A stretch of 64,000 nt of DNA from Saccostrea cucullata (Eukaryota), in contig NW_026929195.1 in NCBI RefSeq assembly GCF_032062105.1, forward strand, positions 62,001 to 126,000, read 5' to 3'. Made by a program: the position numbers and the translations under genes. The notes beneath the pieces are model-generated. The model was not told the origin of the DNA and ran no database searches. It worked only from the letters and a program-made list of their open reading frames with translations. Below, piece by piece: positions 26,686 to 39,104 of the stretch (positions are counted from its first letter, which is position 1; each line of letters opens with the position of its first letter).

Positions 26686-26872
26686 TAGTGGAGCCTCATT
26701 TATCCGGACGCTTTGGTTCCTAGGCAATTTGTCCGGATATGTGAATCGTCAGGATATCGGAATTATCAGCTAAACAAGACAAAATAACGTTAAAAACTTT
26801 CGTACCGATGAAAAATTGGCCGGATACTAAAGCATCCAGATATCTGGCGTTCGAATATCTGAAGGTCCACTG
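26686..26872. mobile_element. Degenerate Tc1/pogo-type MITE nested in the 5-kb element
   Basis: agtggagcctc...gaaggtccact ends with repeated tccggata-like motifs. Confidence 0.5.
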
Positions 26873-27112
26873 CATTTTTATGCAAGAACGGCAGGCCCTT
26901 AGGAAGCTATTTCAGTTTTGGGGGGGGGGGTATTTTTTTTCAGTTGTGGGCACTATCAACCACCAAATTTTCTTTGACAAGCAAAACAATTTTTGTACGC
27001 CACGAACAGTCATTTATAATTTATTTTCCTCCGTGATAATGGCTTATTAACTTGATACCTTATAAACCTTTCACATTTCGATGCGATTGTCTTATCCAAT
27101 AATGAACAATTA

Positions 27113-28179
27113 CGAGGGTTGATCCAAAAGTTCGTGGAATTTCTTCATAATTTTTTTTTTATTTTTAAGTGGAATTGGTTGAAAATTACAAATGAAAATA
27201 TAGACACTTGATGAATATTTTAGATTGAAAAACATTTTAAATATCTTTGACAGTAACTCTATGGCAGTTACCATAGAAACGGTTGTTTTGAAATGCGGAG
27301 GAGACATTAACGTGTTTATTATCATTTTAATTCTTAATACGTGAAATGAGAATTAAACCGCCCTATGTGCTATATAAAACGAAAATCATGTCATTATTAC
27401 GATTGCTTGATCTTTCATAAACCTTTGTGTAAGAGTTTTATTGAATTTACTGGATATTTAGTTTATTAGTCGATGATTTATTGTTCATCTTTAAGTTGTT
27501 AGACTACGTCAAATTTCAGTCAAGTCATACGTTTTGTAAAAATCCCGGGATCACTCTATCTGAAACGCGTATATTATTGACATAGGCTTTGGAAAAATGC
27601 ATTTAGCTACTGGTTTCCTAGTGGCATAAGAAATTTAGGAAAAATGGAACTTCCATGGACGTTGATTAAAGGCATAGTCCACTTTTTGGAGGCTCTGTTT
27701 TAAGTGTGTATCCCCCTAGACAAATTTAAAGCGTTAATGGACGTTGTCGGCTGCCGTGCTGTCCTTGACATTGCTACTGAAATTGGAACATCATATGGAG
27801 AGATGGGTAGTATTTTGAAATATGAGTGAAAAATGAAGATAAGTTGGTACAAGAGGATAATTATGCTTTTCTTGAGAAAAAAAATGGAGAAAGGGGCGGC
27901 ATTTTGTAGAACTACGTAGTCAAATTTGACATTAGAGGTAGATGCTTCTATAACGCGACGTGGCATATATAACTTGACGTTACGTCGAAGTCTTCCCCGG
28001 GTTTCACAACATTCCATTTTCAGAAAGCTCGTGTGACCTTATTGGTTATTTGAAAGTGATGAAATTTTCCAATATTGTTGCATTATGACTCTATATTATG
28101 AATATGCCTGTTGTTTGCTTTTATCAAATCACTATAAAATTTTACGAAGAAATTCCACGAACTTTTGGATCAACCCTCG
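27113..28179. mobile_element. Mariner-type non-autonomous element with TA TSD, nested in the 5-kb element
   Basis: 34-bp perfect TIR cgagggttgatccaaaagttcgtggaatttcttc flanked by TA on both sides. Confidence 0.9.
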
Positions 28180-30292
28180 TACGTCCAACATACGTTAATG
28201 CTTTAAATAATAATATACCGCTATAATTTGACTCTCTTTCGTTGAAAATATTTAGGCAAACCAATTTTTCCCCAGTCATTACTTCAGAACAAACCAAACA
28301 TACCCAAAAAAACCATTTGACTCGTACCTTTGCCTGTCCCCGCACAACTCGTTTGAAAAAGAGGGGGGGGGGGGGTTCAAACAGAAAAAAATAAATTTAA
28401 CTTTAAAAAATCAACCAAAAAGGGGGATATCGAAACTCGAATCATATTTCGCCGTTGGGGAGGGGGGGGGGGTAGGTTCAGTCTTCTTTCAGTTACATAA
28501 TTCATTGCATTATTCTTTTGCCCTATAGTGCATGAATTTGACTATACTGCAACAAAATGTGTGTATGTGTGTGTGTGGTTGCATGTGGGAGACAGAACTT
28601 TCAATGTAAATCCCTACCCCCGTTGCTACTTGCACGCGACTGTAATGACCAATATTTTCTTTAAATGAAAAAAAATGTATTTGTTTATTAATTACACTTT
28701 CCGTAGAGTCATGTTAGGATTATGATATAAAGTCTTATGTGGTTTTCAACGGAACTTCAAGAAATTAATGTCGAGATATGCGGGGTATTTTGATACATGT
28801 ATCAGAGTTGAAGATTTCAGCGCAAAATGTGACTTATTTATTCCATATCATGAATTCAATAGGCAATGATATATATTTCACGCTCATCAAAGTTTTTAAA
28901 GATTAGGAACATTTTCATAACTTTTGGAAATTACACCCATAACAATTTGTCACACACTTTTTGCTCTTTTCAGTGAATATATATTCTTAAGAGATGAAGC
29001 CATATATCTGATATTATCCAGAAATACGTACGTCTTTTTTGCTTAATCTATAGTTTTTTTAATTTCTTTTGGTTTATAGATATCCTCATTCATGATATCA
29101 CTGTTGATGTAATATTGTTAATTTCTTCAACATTGGGCATAATGCTTTTGGGAAAAGTGTAAAATAGCTGTATTTAATTTCTTATAAAATATATATTGCA
29201 ATATAGGTTCCAGGGGGCTTTCATTCATTCATTCATTTTATCGGAATAATATCCGAAATTTGAAACAATAGTAATTTCTACCACACAATTCTTTTGAATG
29301 TATTTATTTGATCATTCTAAATTGGTTTTTGAAACAAAAATTATTTTAGCAAAATTTTCGTGGCATCCCCATCATCCGTATTTTTTTCCTTAGCATATTC
29401 TAATACTGTTAATATAGTAAAAAATATTTATTGTTAATTGATGTAGAAGGTTTGGATCTCCCATTTTACCAGTATCTTTATTCAATCAAAGAGGGACTAT
29501 GTTTCTCAGCTTTAACTTTAAATGGTCTTTTTATTCGAAGATATTTTTTTGGCTGTTCTTCTTACCCCTTCCCTTTTTAATCAACAGTTCACCGAAGGCT
29601 GTTATCGGGGTACATCAGTATGATTAACTATGGATTAAAATTAAAATGGCTAAATACACTCTTTACGTTTTAAATTATGGTATATATTTTCAGGGGAAAA
29701 AAAGTAGCGCTTATAAGAACGGTAATTACTATATGTGCAAAGACCTCTCATTCGCTCGTCTCTCTCTCTCTCTCTCTGAAAAAAAAAATATAAAAGTATA
29801 TGGAATATACCTTTTAATATTTAGACTTCTTAACATGAATTCAAATTTAAGCATTTGTAAATTGCCCAGAAAACAAATGTGCAGCATCTTTAATTTAGTC
29901 ATGCATAGACATCGTTTTAATCGCTGCTTCAGAGCTAGCAATGTGCATGTCCAATGTTCCGTATATCAACATCAAATTAAATACATAAACAAAATCATCA
30001 ATAAATTTACGTACTAAATTGTAATAATATCATATTCCTTTTAAAAAATGTCCGCATCAAGTTTCAAATTTTTGTTACACTTTGAAAATCAATTTTATTT
30101 TTTGTTTACAAAATGCGGTCAACAAAAATTACTTCCGTGTTTACAATACCGCGACTTTGACGTCGTTTTCTGAGCATTGTGACGTCAAAAGATAAGGGCC
30201 CTTTTCTCATGACGGCAGTCAGATGTATTTTTCAACTTATGAATAACGACTTACGAAAACGGAGAAAGAGACAGAGACTTACTTTTGATTTG

Positions 30293-30744
30293 TTAGTTCC
30301 CCTGAATCAAGCCTGTCAAGAAACTGAGAAGCACTGCAAAAGGTGAAACATTTGCTCATTTAATTATTTTTCATTTTTTTCTTCTTTTGATGTAAAAAAA
30401 TATGTAGTCAATAAAAATAATTAATGAATTCACTATGCACAGAAAAAATAAATACTTCAACTGACATATCCTACTGTAGTAAAGTATTTTAGGAGTTTTG
30501 TTCAATTTCTGTTCTACATACATAAGACAAAAAACGGTGTAATTCCTTGGAATGGGTCCTCTTCCTCGTATAATGTATCAACTTGCATCTGAGCAATTGA
30601 GGGTGGAAGTCCCCCAAAGGATTGTCCATAGGGGGTAAAACTCGCTGGGGCAGCACCGAAGGAGTAGGGGGATTGTACCCCATAGTACGCAGAGCAGACG
30701 GCGTACAAAGACATAAGGAGGACTACACAAATTAACTTTGTCAT
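30293..30744 (-). CDS. Small secreted protein with a hydrophobic C-terminus (87 aa); diverged member of the cluster's gene architecture (gene E)
   Basis: Exons 30744-30522 and 30333-30293 (phase 1). Signal peptide MTKLICVVLLMSLYAVCSA; C-terminus EEEDPFQGITPFFVLLLLSFLTGLIQGN*. ATG directly follows cag; non-coding exon 1 donor caag|gtaa at 31025; 3'UTR intron 30282-25197. Confidence 0.8.
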
Positions 30745-31473
30745 CTGAAATAATAAGATATTGCAATATAATTAAAATTTTCAGTTTCGTATGTATTTTT
30801 TTAAATTCATATGTAGAATATTTCCTAGTACGCATGCATACAATCATGTTTTGCATTTAGTATGAAGGCGTGAAAATGAGATTTCAAAACACGTTATAAA
30901 CTTTTTTTTTTAATAATGACAAATTTTGACGATATCTTCAATTAAAATTTGATGAATAACTATGATTTATAATTCCTTTGAATTTGTTTTACCCAAACTA
31001 ACTTCAAATGTTCAGACCACTTACCTTGCGATATCTTTCTTAAAATCCAGTTGCAACCATTTCAAACTGTTTCCAGAAAACTTAACGAGCCAGTTACGCA
31101 AAAAGGGAACCCCTATTGCGTGATTTACCTTCTATTAGGCGTGATCTACCAGGAACGATTCGTTAACATAGTATTACTAAACACTCTATATGATATATAT
31201 ATTATGATATTAATGTGACCATATACACCGCTAATTACATCTTGATCACACTGTGCGTAATAAAACATTTTTATTAAGTCCACGTTCATAAGCGATGTGT
31301 CTCGCTATTTTTTTTAAGTTAGCCGAAAAATGATTTATATGTGTAAAACTTCATTTTAAATGTACATGTACACGATGTGTGCAATTTTTTTTTTTTTTTT
31401 TTTTTTGAAATATAAAAATTTCTTATTATTCTATCAATTTATATTTTATTTATTATACAGTGTACATGTATTC

Positions 31474-31885
31474 ATTTTTATGCCCCTCTTCGAAGAATGG
31501 AGGACAAATTGCTTTCCTGCTGTCTTTCGGTCGGCTGGTCGGTAAGTGTGTCCGTACACCAAGTTTCCGTTCATTTTCTTCACAAATGTTGCACATACTG
31601 AAATCAAATTTGATATACAGATTATCATACGAATACTAGTATATAGGTCAGGTTCTGTTTTAGGTACGATCAGGCCATTTTGGACAGAGTCATGTCTCCT
31701 ATATTTAGATATTTAGAAAAATTCCAATTATTTGCAGTTTCCGTTCATTTTCTTCGCAGAGGTTGCACATACTGCACATACTGAAATGAAATTTAATATA
31801 CAGATTTATCATTTGAATATCTAGGTCAAGTTCTGATTTTGGTACGATCGAGCAATTTGGGACAGAGTTATGTCACTTGGACTCA
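31474..31885 (+). mobile_element. Truncated HINE-like repeat with two internal units
   Basis: ttttatgcccctcttcgaagaatggagg start, a cggtcggctggtcggt microsatellite, and duplicated gtttccgttcattttcttc...gacagagt units. Confidence 0.55.
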
Positions 31886-33719
31886 GTTTTAATATATTCT
31901 TCACAAGCACTTCAACCAACATCCCTCACTGAATGTGCAGTTATTTAATGTATATACGAAGTCAACTACCGCGGTAAATGTGACCTTGGAAAACCCCACC
32001 CCACTCCCAATAGAAAATGCAGATCTTATTTAAAAATTGTTGTGAAAAATCATAGATACTAGTATATTAAACTTTAGGAGTCAAAGACTACTCACCCCAC
32101 TCCTCCACCCCCACGAATGAGGTTTTTAACTCTTGGGGAAGGAGATCACGTTTCATGACTGGGATCCCCCCCCCCCCCGGGAAAAAAATTTCATGGATAC
32201 GCGGCTTACAATTTATCTCATCTTCAAGTAACTTGTAGAATCAGGTCTCTTCAAATCAAGGTACCTGAACCTATAATAAGCTTATTTCGAGGGTCAAATT
32301 TTGAAATTAGAATGCACATACATACATAAGGAGAAAAAAATCTATGAAAAACTAAAAAAAAAAAAAAAAAAAGACACAGCTAGTCCTATTGATACACAAG
32401 GATTTTTTTTCCCGAATTTGTTCAAACAAAGAGTCGGAACAAAATAGGCTATCAACATTAGACATGAGAATGAATGAATATAGGAAAATATGAAAAAAAA
32501 TCTGAGGAAGTAATAAAATAGTAATACATAGTGCATGAATTATTCAAACCTTTATACTATAATGAAATAATAGACCTCAGGGTAAGGCTGGTCTTACTTG
32601 AAGGATTTACATGTAAGTTTTACGGTACCGTATATACGCGTATTTTTAAAATCTAATTTTATTGTACAGAGAAACATAAATGGTCAAGGTTAAATGTTAT
32701 AAATTAACAGAATATGTCCATAATATTCAAAAGTTTGTTTTGTACATCATGCAGAATATACTAGTAAAAAAAAAATCTTCGCGAATCTAAAAAAGATTTG
32801 AATGATACTGGTAAAATACACATTATATGACCCAACTTTCTTCCTTTTTTTCGATAAGTAGATTATTAAATACAGTCCTATAGAACACTGAGGACCACCC
32901 ATACCCCTTTATTTCAACATTTTCCAAGAATACAAGTTTTAATATTTTATAATTTTACTACTCTGTACAATTTCGCCAAGAAGAGACCCCCTAACTTTTT
33001 GTGTTGCTGGCAAATTCCAGTATTTACCGAAATATTTGAATTGCAACTCCCCACCAATTTTCCTCCAGATCCCCACAAAGTTTGAATAACCCAGCGGATA
33101 TAGGATTTAGAGTTTGAGCTTTAGTTTTCAAACACTATTCCCTGTCAGTATTTTTGGGGGGTGGGGTGAGGTCCCTCCCCCTTCCACTAAATTGCTACGA
33201 GCATTTTTATTCCCATTTTTCTATTCCCAAGAGAATAGATATATACATTGTAATATTTTTTAACTCTAGACATAACCAAATTCTATTCCTTTCCTAACTC
33301 CTATAGTGCCTGAGTCGTAGGTTCAGAACATCTAAATGACAAAATGAGGAAAAAGACATTGAATCATTGTTATAAATCATCAATGTTAAAGAAAGATAAG
33401 TAATGAAAAACTGAGAATTCATCTCTGGATCTACACTCCCAAAAAAAAAAAGTCATTTAATTTCCACATCTTCATGAACAAGATGGATCATTAACGTGCA
33501 AGGACACTTGACTCGGGAACAAAATGGACTGACAAGGAAATATGTTGGTTTTTTTTTATCCCTTCACAGTTGGTGGGGATGCAGTGACGCAGTCGTGTAT
33601 GTTTGTTTGTGCCGGTGAGTAGGTGAGTGAGTTAATGTAATGTACGAAACGGAACCGCGACGTAATTCACATCAGGATCAATGCCAGGTGCTGTTTTCAG
33701 TAGTGTATGTTCTTTGTTA

Positions 33720-34211
33720 GGGGCCTGTCTGTTGTCAACTTTAACCTTCGCCATAACTTTTGAACCGTAAGAGATAGATACTTAATATTTGGTATGCGTA
33801 CTCCACTTTATAGGCTCTTTCAAATGACACCAAGTTCAATGACCTTGTGACCTTGACTGTGACCTATATGCAAAAAATATCTTTTTTGAACTTTGGCCAT
33901 AACTTTTAAACCATAGGAGATGGAGACTTCATATGCATACTCCATTAATCAAGTTCTTTCAATAATCAAAGTCAATTACCTTGTGACCTTGATTGTGACC
34001 TATATGCTTAAAATAGCTTTTTTGAATATGGCCATAACTTTTGAACCATAGGAGATAGAGACTTCATATTTATATGCTTACTCGCCTAATCAAGTTCTTT
34101 CAATGATCAAGATCAATGACCTTGTAACCTTGACTGTGACCTATATGCTAAAATTGTTTTTTCGAACTTTGTTGCCACCGGGAGCATAGTGTCAAAAATA
34201 CATCTTGTTTT
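33720..34211 (+). mobile_element. HINE-like fragment with three ~140-bp repeats
   Basis: Three gccataacttt...gaccttgtgaccttgactgtgacct-like units followed by a ...catcttgtttt end. Confidence 0.6.
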
Positions 34212-34320
34212 GAAATTCAAACTGTACTTTAAAAAAAATAATTGAAGTTCTTGAAAAAATTAATGATAAATCAGGACTAGAGGTATGGCAAGCACTTTTG
34301 CTATTCATGAATTGTCAAAA

Positions 34321-34640
34321 TTTTATTAGTCCCATACCGGTGAAACCGGAGGAGACTATAGCTATATGTTTTTTTTTTCTAAGGCTGTCCGTCCGTCTGT
34401 TTGTCCCTTTGTCAGTCTCTCCCATTTGGGTTTCCACGTTTTTTTCTGAACACTTGCAGAAAATGAGCTGATTTTTGGTATGTGACTTGGCCAAGATGAG
34501 TTATAGAGCTAGTTTGCATTTCGTTCCGTTTTATGGATTTTTTACGGAATCATATCTGGCTTTTTCAAATTTTAACAGGAACCGTATTACTTTTGCTGGT
34601 AGGAGACTTGTACTGCTAATGCGATATGCTCAGAATACGC
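34321..34640 (+). mobile_element. Short HINE-like element
   Basis: T-run + agtcccataccggtgaaaccggaggagact IR, a gtcc microsatellite and a 3' aggagact subTIR. Confidence 0.55.
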
Positions 34641-35118
34641 ATTGAAATTGTGTGACATCAAAGATGACGTGCACTTAAAATATACGTTCTCTCAGAATAA
34701 AGGTTCTGATATATTCTATTCCGGTCCATTTTTCAGAGAAGAAATTGAAAAAAAAAATAACAATTTTCTTTCGTAATAGTGTTTTTATTTCAACATGTAA
34801 AAAAACAACAAATAAATAAATAGTTGAAGCTTGTTCCCCTTTGGCGACTCCAAAGTGCGTGGCAAAAACATCTGAAAATAAAAAAAAAGTTGTACAAAAT
34901 TATTCCTAAGGGCATAAATAAAGTTCTGCTGATACGTTCTTAATCTTGTTTGAGAGAAATAAAGTAAAACTTAATTATATAATGATCATTGAAATAATTT
35001 CCCACAGCACTACATGATACAACGGGTTACGGTAAATTTATATTTTCAGGCGAGTAAGGGGAGTGTTTAATTCTCTCACCTGTAAAATTGGAGAGGGGGA
35101 ATAACTTGGTTTCTGTAT

Positions 35119-35891
35119 TTAACCGGAGAGGTTAAGATTTCCGTTCAAAAGGAAAGGAGATAGGGCCAACAAAGCTGAAATAAACAAGATTGAAATCTCA
35201 TAATTTGGCGAAAAAACAGCATTTTTAATTTAATTCACAGTTTTGTAAAATATTTACATGTATATATAAATAATTACAGAATAAAACAAAGGTTTTAGAT
35301 GAACCTTCAATATTTTTTAAAAACTTTTTATATGTAAATGGATTATTCATTATTATTCATGCTATTTTGATTTAAAAATTGCATTCAGCGATATTTAGTA
35401 TAGTTAAAAGAACTTGCGATGAAAAATGCGTAATTCTTACCCAAAAGAGCACCGTTTCCTCCGAAAACTCCTTGGTCATTGTTATCCTCTAGACCCAGAC
35501 CCAAACCAATGGGGAGGGGAGCTGGCTGGACAGGGGCGGCAACTGGTGTGGGGACAGCATATGGCACGTAAACGGTCTTTGATTTCTTGTGTCCGTATCC
35601 ATGTCCGCTTGATCCGTATCCGGATAATTTGTGTCCGTATCCACTCATTCCTGTGCTGTATCCGCCATATCCTGTATCATATCCGCCCATTCCTCCGGCA
35701 TATCCAGCATCATATCCACCAATACCTCCGGCATATCCGGCAACGTATCCGGTCTGGTCGTATCCACTTGTGTATCCGGATGAGTATCCTGATTGATCGT
35801 ATGATCCGCCACTGGAATATCCGTAATCGGCGCGGACAAGTGCGACGCCGAGAACCAGAAGGGCAGCGAGAGAGACAGCTGAGGAACGCAT
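35119..35891 (-). CDS. Secreted Gly/Tyr-rich protein, FGGNG-tail family gene A (168 aa)
   Basis: Exons 35891-35441 and 35174-35119. Signal peptide, GY repeats, KKSKTVYVPYAVPTPV and DNNDQGVFGGNGALL|ALLALSPFLLNGNLNLSG*. TATA ~36153-36160, exon 1 donor at 36108, 3'UTR intron donor at 35080. Confidence 0.9.
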
Positions 35892-37756
35892 CTGAAAATG
35901 AAGAATAATTTAGAATGAAATACATGTCAAAACATTTTTAAAGCTGTTTCTGCAACAGTGTTTTCAAAACGATTTAAATAATTAAACATGAATGAGATTA
36001 AATAAAAAATCTCCCATATCCCTCAATAAACTGAAATAAGTCTTCTTTTCTGTATTACTGTATTTATTTTCTAGGAAAAAAAATCTGCTTTTTAATACGA
36101 GGTTTACCTTGAGTGGTCTGTGAATATATATTTTATAAAACTTTCCTCAAGCATTTATACTTTTAATCCTAGACAACTGTTATGATGTTATACGCAATCA
36201 CCAAACCTTTTTTCCAATTCATGTTACCTTGGGATTGACCTTACCTGACTTACGTAATATGTGTGTGCTATTGATTAGGAAGGAGGAAGTAACCGTATGT
36301 GTAAGGTGCCACTTCAAATCTTAAACTTCCCAAGTACATGTATTATCTTTGTTTTTATTAAAAAATGATTAAAGGATTTAAAGTCAACTGTGAAATGCTT
36401 CAAAGTAGTCCCCTTTTTTAACTTCTTGTTCTATATTGTAGTAAAAGTAAAACATGGACTAACCATGGACTTGACATTAATATACAAAATTAATATTTGA
36501 AGCTGTACATACATTTATAGCAGCAACAAAACGTTTTATATAAAACACTGTCATATACATATAAAGGTGTATTTTTTAATTGTTAGAAATACTTCCAAAC
36601 CGGTACTACTTTGTATTTTGTCCCCCCCCCCCTGTAATTTGCCCTTTTTGTTATTTTGTTCATTCCATTTTTCTCTTTTGTACATTTTTTCTTCTCTATG
36701 TTACTTTGTTCATTTTTGTCTGTGTTTTTTTTTCTCTTCTTTTGTACATTCTTTTATTATTACTATTTATATTGTACCTTGACCTAAATGTAGGGAGAGG
36801 GCTAAAATAGGCTGCGCCTGCTGCCCAATCCTCTTCACGATAACATAAGTGAATAAAATATTGTTAAAAAAAAGTAAAACAGATATTTTTCAAAACAATT
36901 TATTTAGCCAAAAAAGCACAATCAAAGGTCATTTAAGTGTAGTAGCTGGCAAGTTTTACCGGCTGTTTTACCAAATATTTAAGTTAATAAAAAGGGCAAA
37001 ATTATTTATTTCTTTAAACATTAAGGAACATGATACGTGTAAAAAGGATATTAATTAATAATAAAATGAATTAAAATGCGAATTTGATGTACGATGCATA
37101 CTTTTAACAATCAAATAAAATAATGTAATAGTACATTAAAAGTAAGTCGTTTAGTTTTTATACATTATCTACGTATTTTTCGCTCTTTTGAAAATTAAAA
37201 GTTCCACCCTTGACCAAACGAAAATCACCCCTTTCCCAAATTGATAAAAATTAAATAATTATTCTCCCAATTGAGAGGCACCGGATGAAACCTTTACGGA
37301 CACTATACACTCGAATAATTATTCATTTTATTTATTTATTTATTCATTTTTTTAGTAAGATAAAATTATATGGGACGAAGGAGCTGGAAAGATCTATTTT
37401 GAAATTAATTACAAGGAATTCATTTTCAATATAGTGAGCGCTTTTTTACTCGGGAAAAATCTTCAAAGACAATTGAGAAATGATGAAGAAAAATTGCCTT
37501 TGTTTACTCAAATGGAGAAAATACATGCAAATTAAGTTTTCCACGACTCTATCTTGATCCATCATAATGTTTCAATATTACAAGTATTTATTTTAAATTA
37601 TGACATAAGGTGCAGATAACAACACGTAGGTCAAGTGATGGTAATAATCAGAGCCAAGCTCCTTTTTTAAAAATGAAGTGATTTCCGTATTTTTCCTCTC
37701 CAGTTTAATAATTCGGAAAGTTAATATTCACGTTAGTTGTTCTTTCTTTAGGATCT

Positions 37757-37820
37757 CTATGACGACACAATATGATGACGTCACAATTAGTCAGCGGCGT
37801 CATAATAGTTGTTGGCTATC
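37757..37820 (+). promoter_or_regulatory. Triple CRE promoter module of MGRR gene 2
   Basis: TGACG 37760-37764, TGACGTCA 37776-37783, and CGTCA 37798-37802 followed by taatagttgttggctatc. Confidence 0.6.
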
Positions 37821-38138
37821 TTTTCATGCAAGTTTACCTCGATCTTTAAAGCAGTTTGACATTTTCCAAAGCAAATTCTGGAAATATCATTAAGGTAAGA
37901 TCCACACTTGTTTTAAATAATTTTTCTACGTAGCATGGGTTTTAAGAAGGAGACAATTTTTGAAAAAAAAATACATGTAGGACGTGAGAAACAATACTAA
38001 CAGTTCAAATCCGTAATGATTTTACATATTTACATTTCTCGTTTAGGGATGCTGGCATATATATTGTGTTCATATTTTACATTGATGAGAATAATAAAAT
38101 ATGTTATATGTATTATAATATAAACATTTTTCTTTCAG

Positions 38139-39104
38139 ATGGGACGGAGAGATAAAAAGAGCGATGACACTCTTTTTATTCATAGCAATATGTATAGTAT
38201 TATCCCGGACATACCAAAAGCAAATAGCATACAGCCAAGGGAAAAGATCCCTAGCATTCCCACAAAAAAGCTTCCTTCAAAGAGCAAACAGTATGAGGTC
38301 TTGCCTCATCTAGGAGAATTTGTGCCACCGTCTTTCTGCAACAACGCAACCAGATCTGCTCCGTGCATAGAATTAGAGAGGTTAGCTGAGCCAACAGCCA
38401 AAAAGTTGAGACCTCCCCTGGCTTGCCTTGATGTGGAGAGTATTAGGAAGAAGATCGACAAAGCTGAAAAGAAGCAGAAGAAAGCGAAAAAGAAGAAGGC
38501 AAAGCCTCCTCCAAAAGAAGTCTATGTGGAGAGGGAGAACCCAATGCAACAATTAATGGAACAATATATTAAGATGATGCCTCATGAAGTGCATATCCCC
38601 CATCCTCCTCTCTTTCCCCTAGATCCAACAATGCTGAGAAGAATAGTTAAGATAAAAACGCCGACGTCAGTAACTGAGTTGACTATCGAGCAGTATGTGA
38701 GCCTCGTGACCTCAGGGCAAGATCCTTTCTCGGCAGGAGATCCATCAGCATACACCAGTTATGCAAATCCAGAAGAATTCATTGGATACCCAGATCCACA
38801 AACTGGAGGTAGGCTTCCAGATCTCGGAGCATATATGGATTCCTTTCAAGGAGATGGATACATGAATCCACCAGATGTTTACCAAGATAACATAAATCCA
38901 GATAGATATGGAAATCCGGAATTTCCATCCGTGGCCGGGGGAAAGATGCCAGATATACATAAGAGTCGATTTGCTCCAAAGGAAATGTACGGAGGTGGCC
39001 GATTTACCGCTAACAGGGACTACAGAAACCAGTTTAACAACGCATCCCAGAAACCTTCCATGTCTCGCAATACTATTTCCATTGATAGCCGCATCACCGT
39101 ATAA
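38139..39104 (+). CDS. Orphan 'MGRR' family protein 2 (321 aa), single coding exon
   Basis: Long ORF with ATG directly after ctttcag. Non-coding exon 1 donor taag|gtaag at 37894. Paralogous to 8623-10032. Confidence 0.88.
   Translation: MGRRDKKSDDTLFIHSNMYSIIPDIPKANSIQPREKIPSIPTKKLPSKSKQYEVLPHLGEFVPPSFCNNATRSAPCIELERLAEPTAKKLRPPLACLDVESIRKKIDKAEKKQKKAKKKKAKPPPKEVYVERENPMQQLMEQYIKMMPHEVHIPHPPLFPLDPTMLRRIVKIKTPTSVTELTIEQYVSLVTSGQDPFSAGDPSAYTSYANPEEFIGYPDPQTGGRLPDLGAYMDSFQGDGYMNPPDVYQDNINPDRYGNPEFPSVAGGKMPDIHKSRFAPKEMYGGGRFTANRDYRNQFNNASQKPSMSRNTISIDSRITV

Larger units (their letters stand above)
25237..30221. mobile_element. ~5-kb non-autonomous TIR DNA transposon (29-bp perfect TIRs) inside a predicted 3'UTR intron
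   Basis: tgactgccgtcatgagaaaagggccctta (25237-25265) and its exact reverse complement (30193-30221). No transposase ORF between them. Confidence 0.85.

Noticed and set aside
25237-30221. Autonomous transposon or captured gene inside the 5-kb TIR element
   Set aside because: Only short AT-rich ORFs; I could not see transposase motifs or a coherent exon chain.
35385-35440. ORF-track C-termini of the Gly/Tyr genes (GKNYAFF..., GKIAFM, CKFI, GK) and N-terminal extensions ([29 protein letters not shown]..., MAFINIV...)
   Set aside because: They are read-through into introns past GT donors or before AG acceptors. The spliced models give paralogue-consistent ends.
35441-35480. 'GGNG' as a GGNG-family neuropeptide
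   Set aside because: GGNG peptides need two Cys and flanking basic cleavage sites. Here GGNG is followed by a hydrophobic stretch and there is no Cys.
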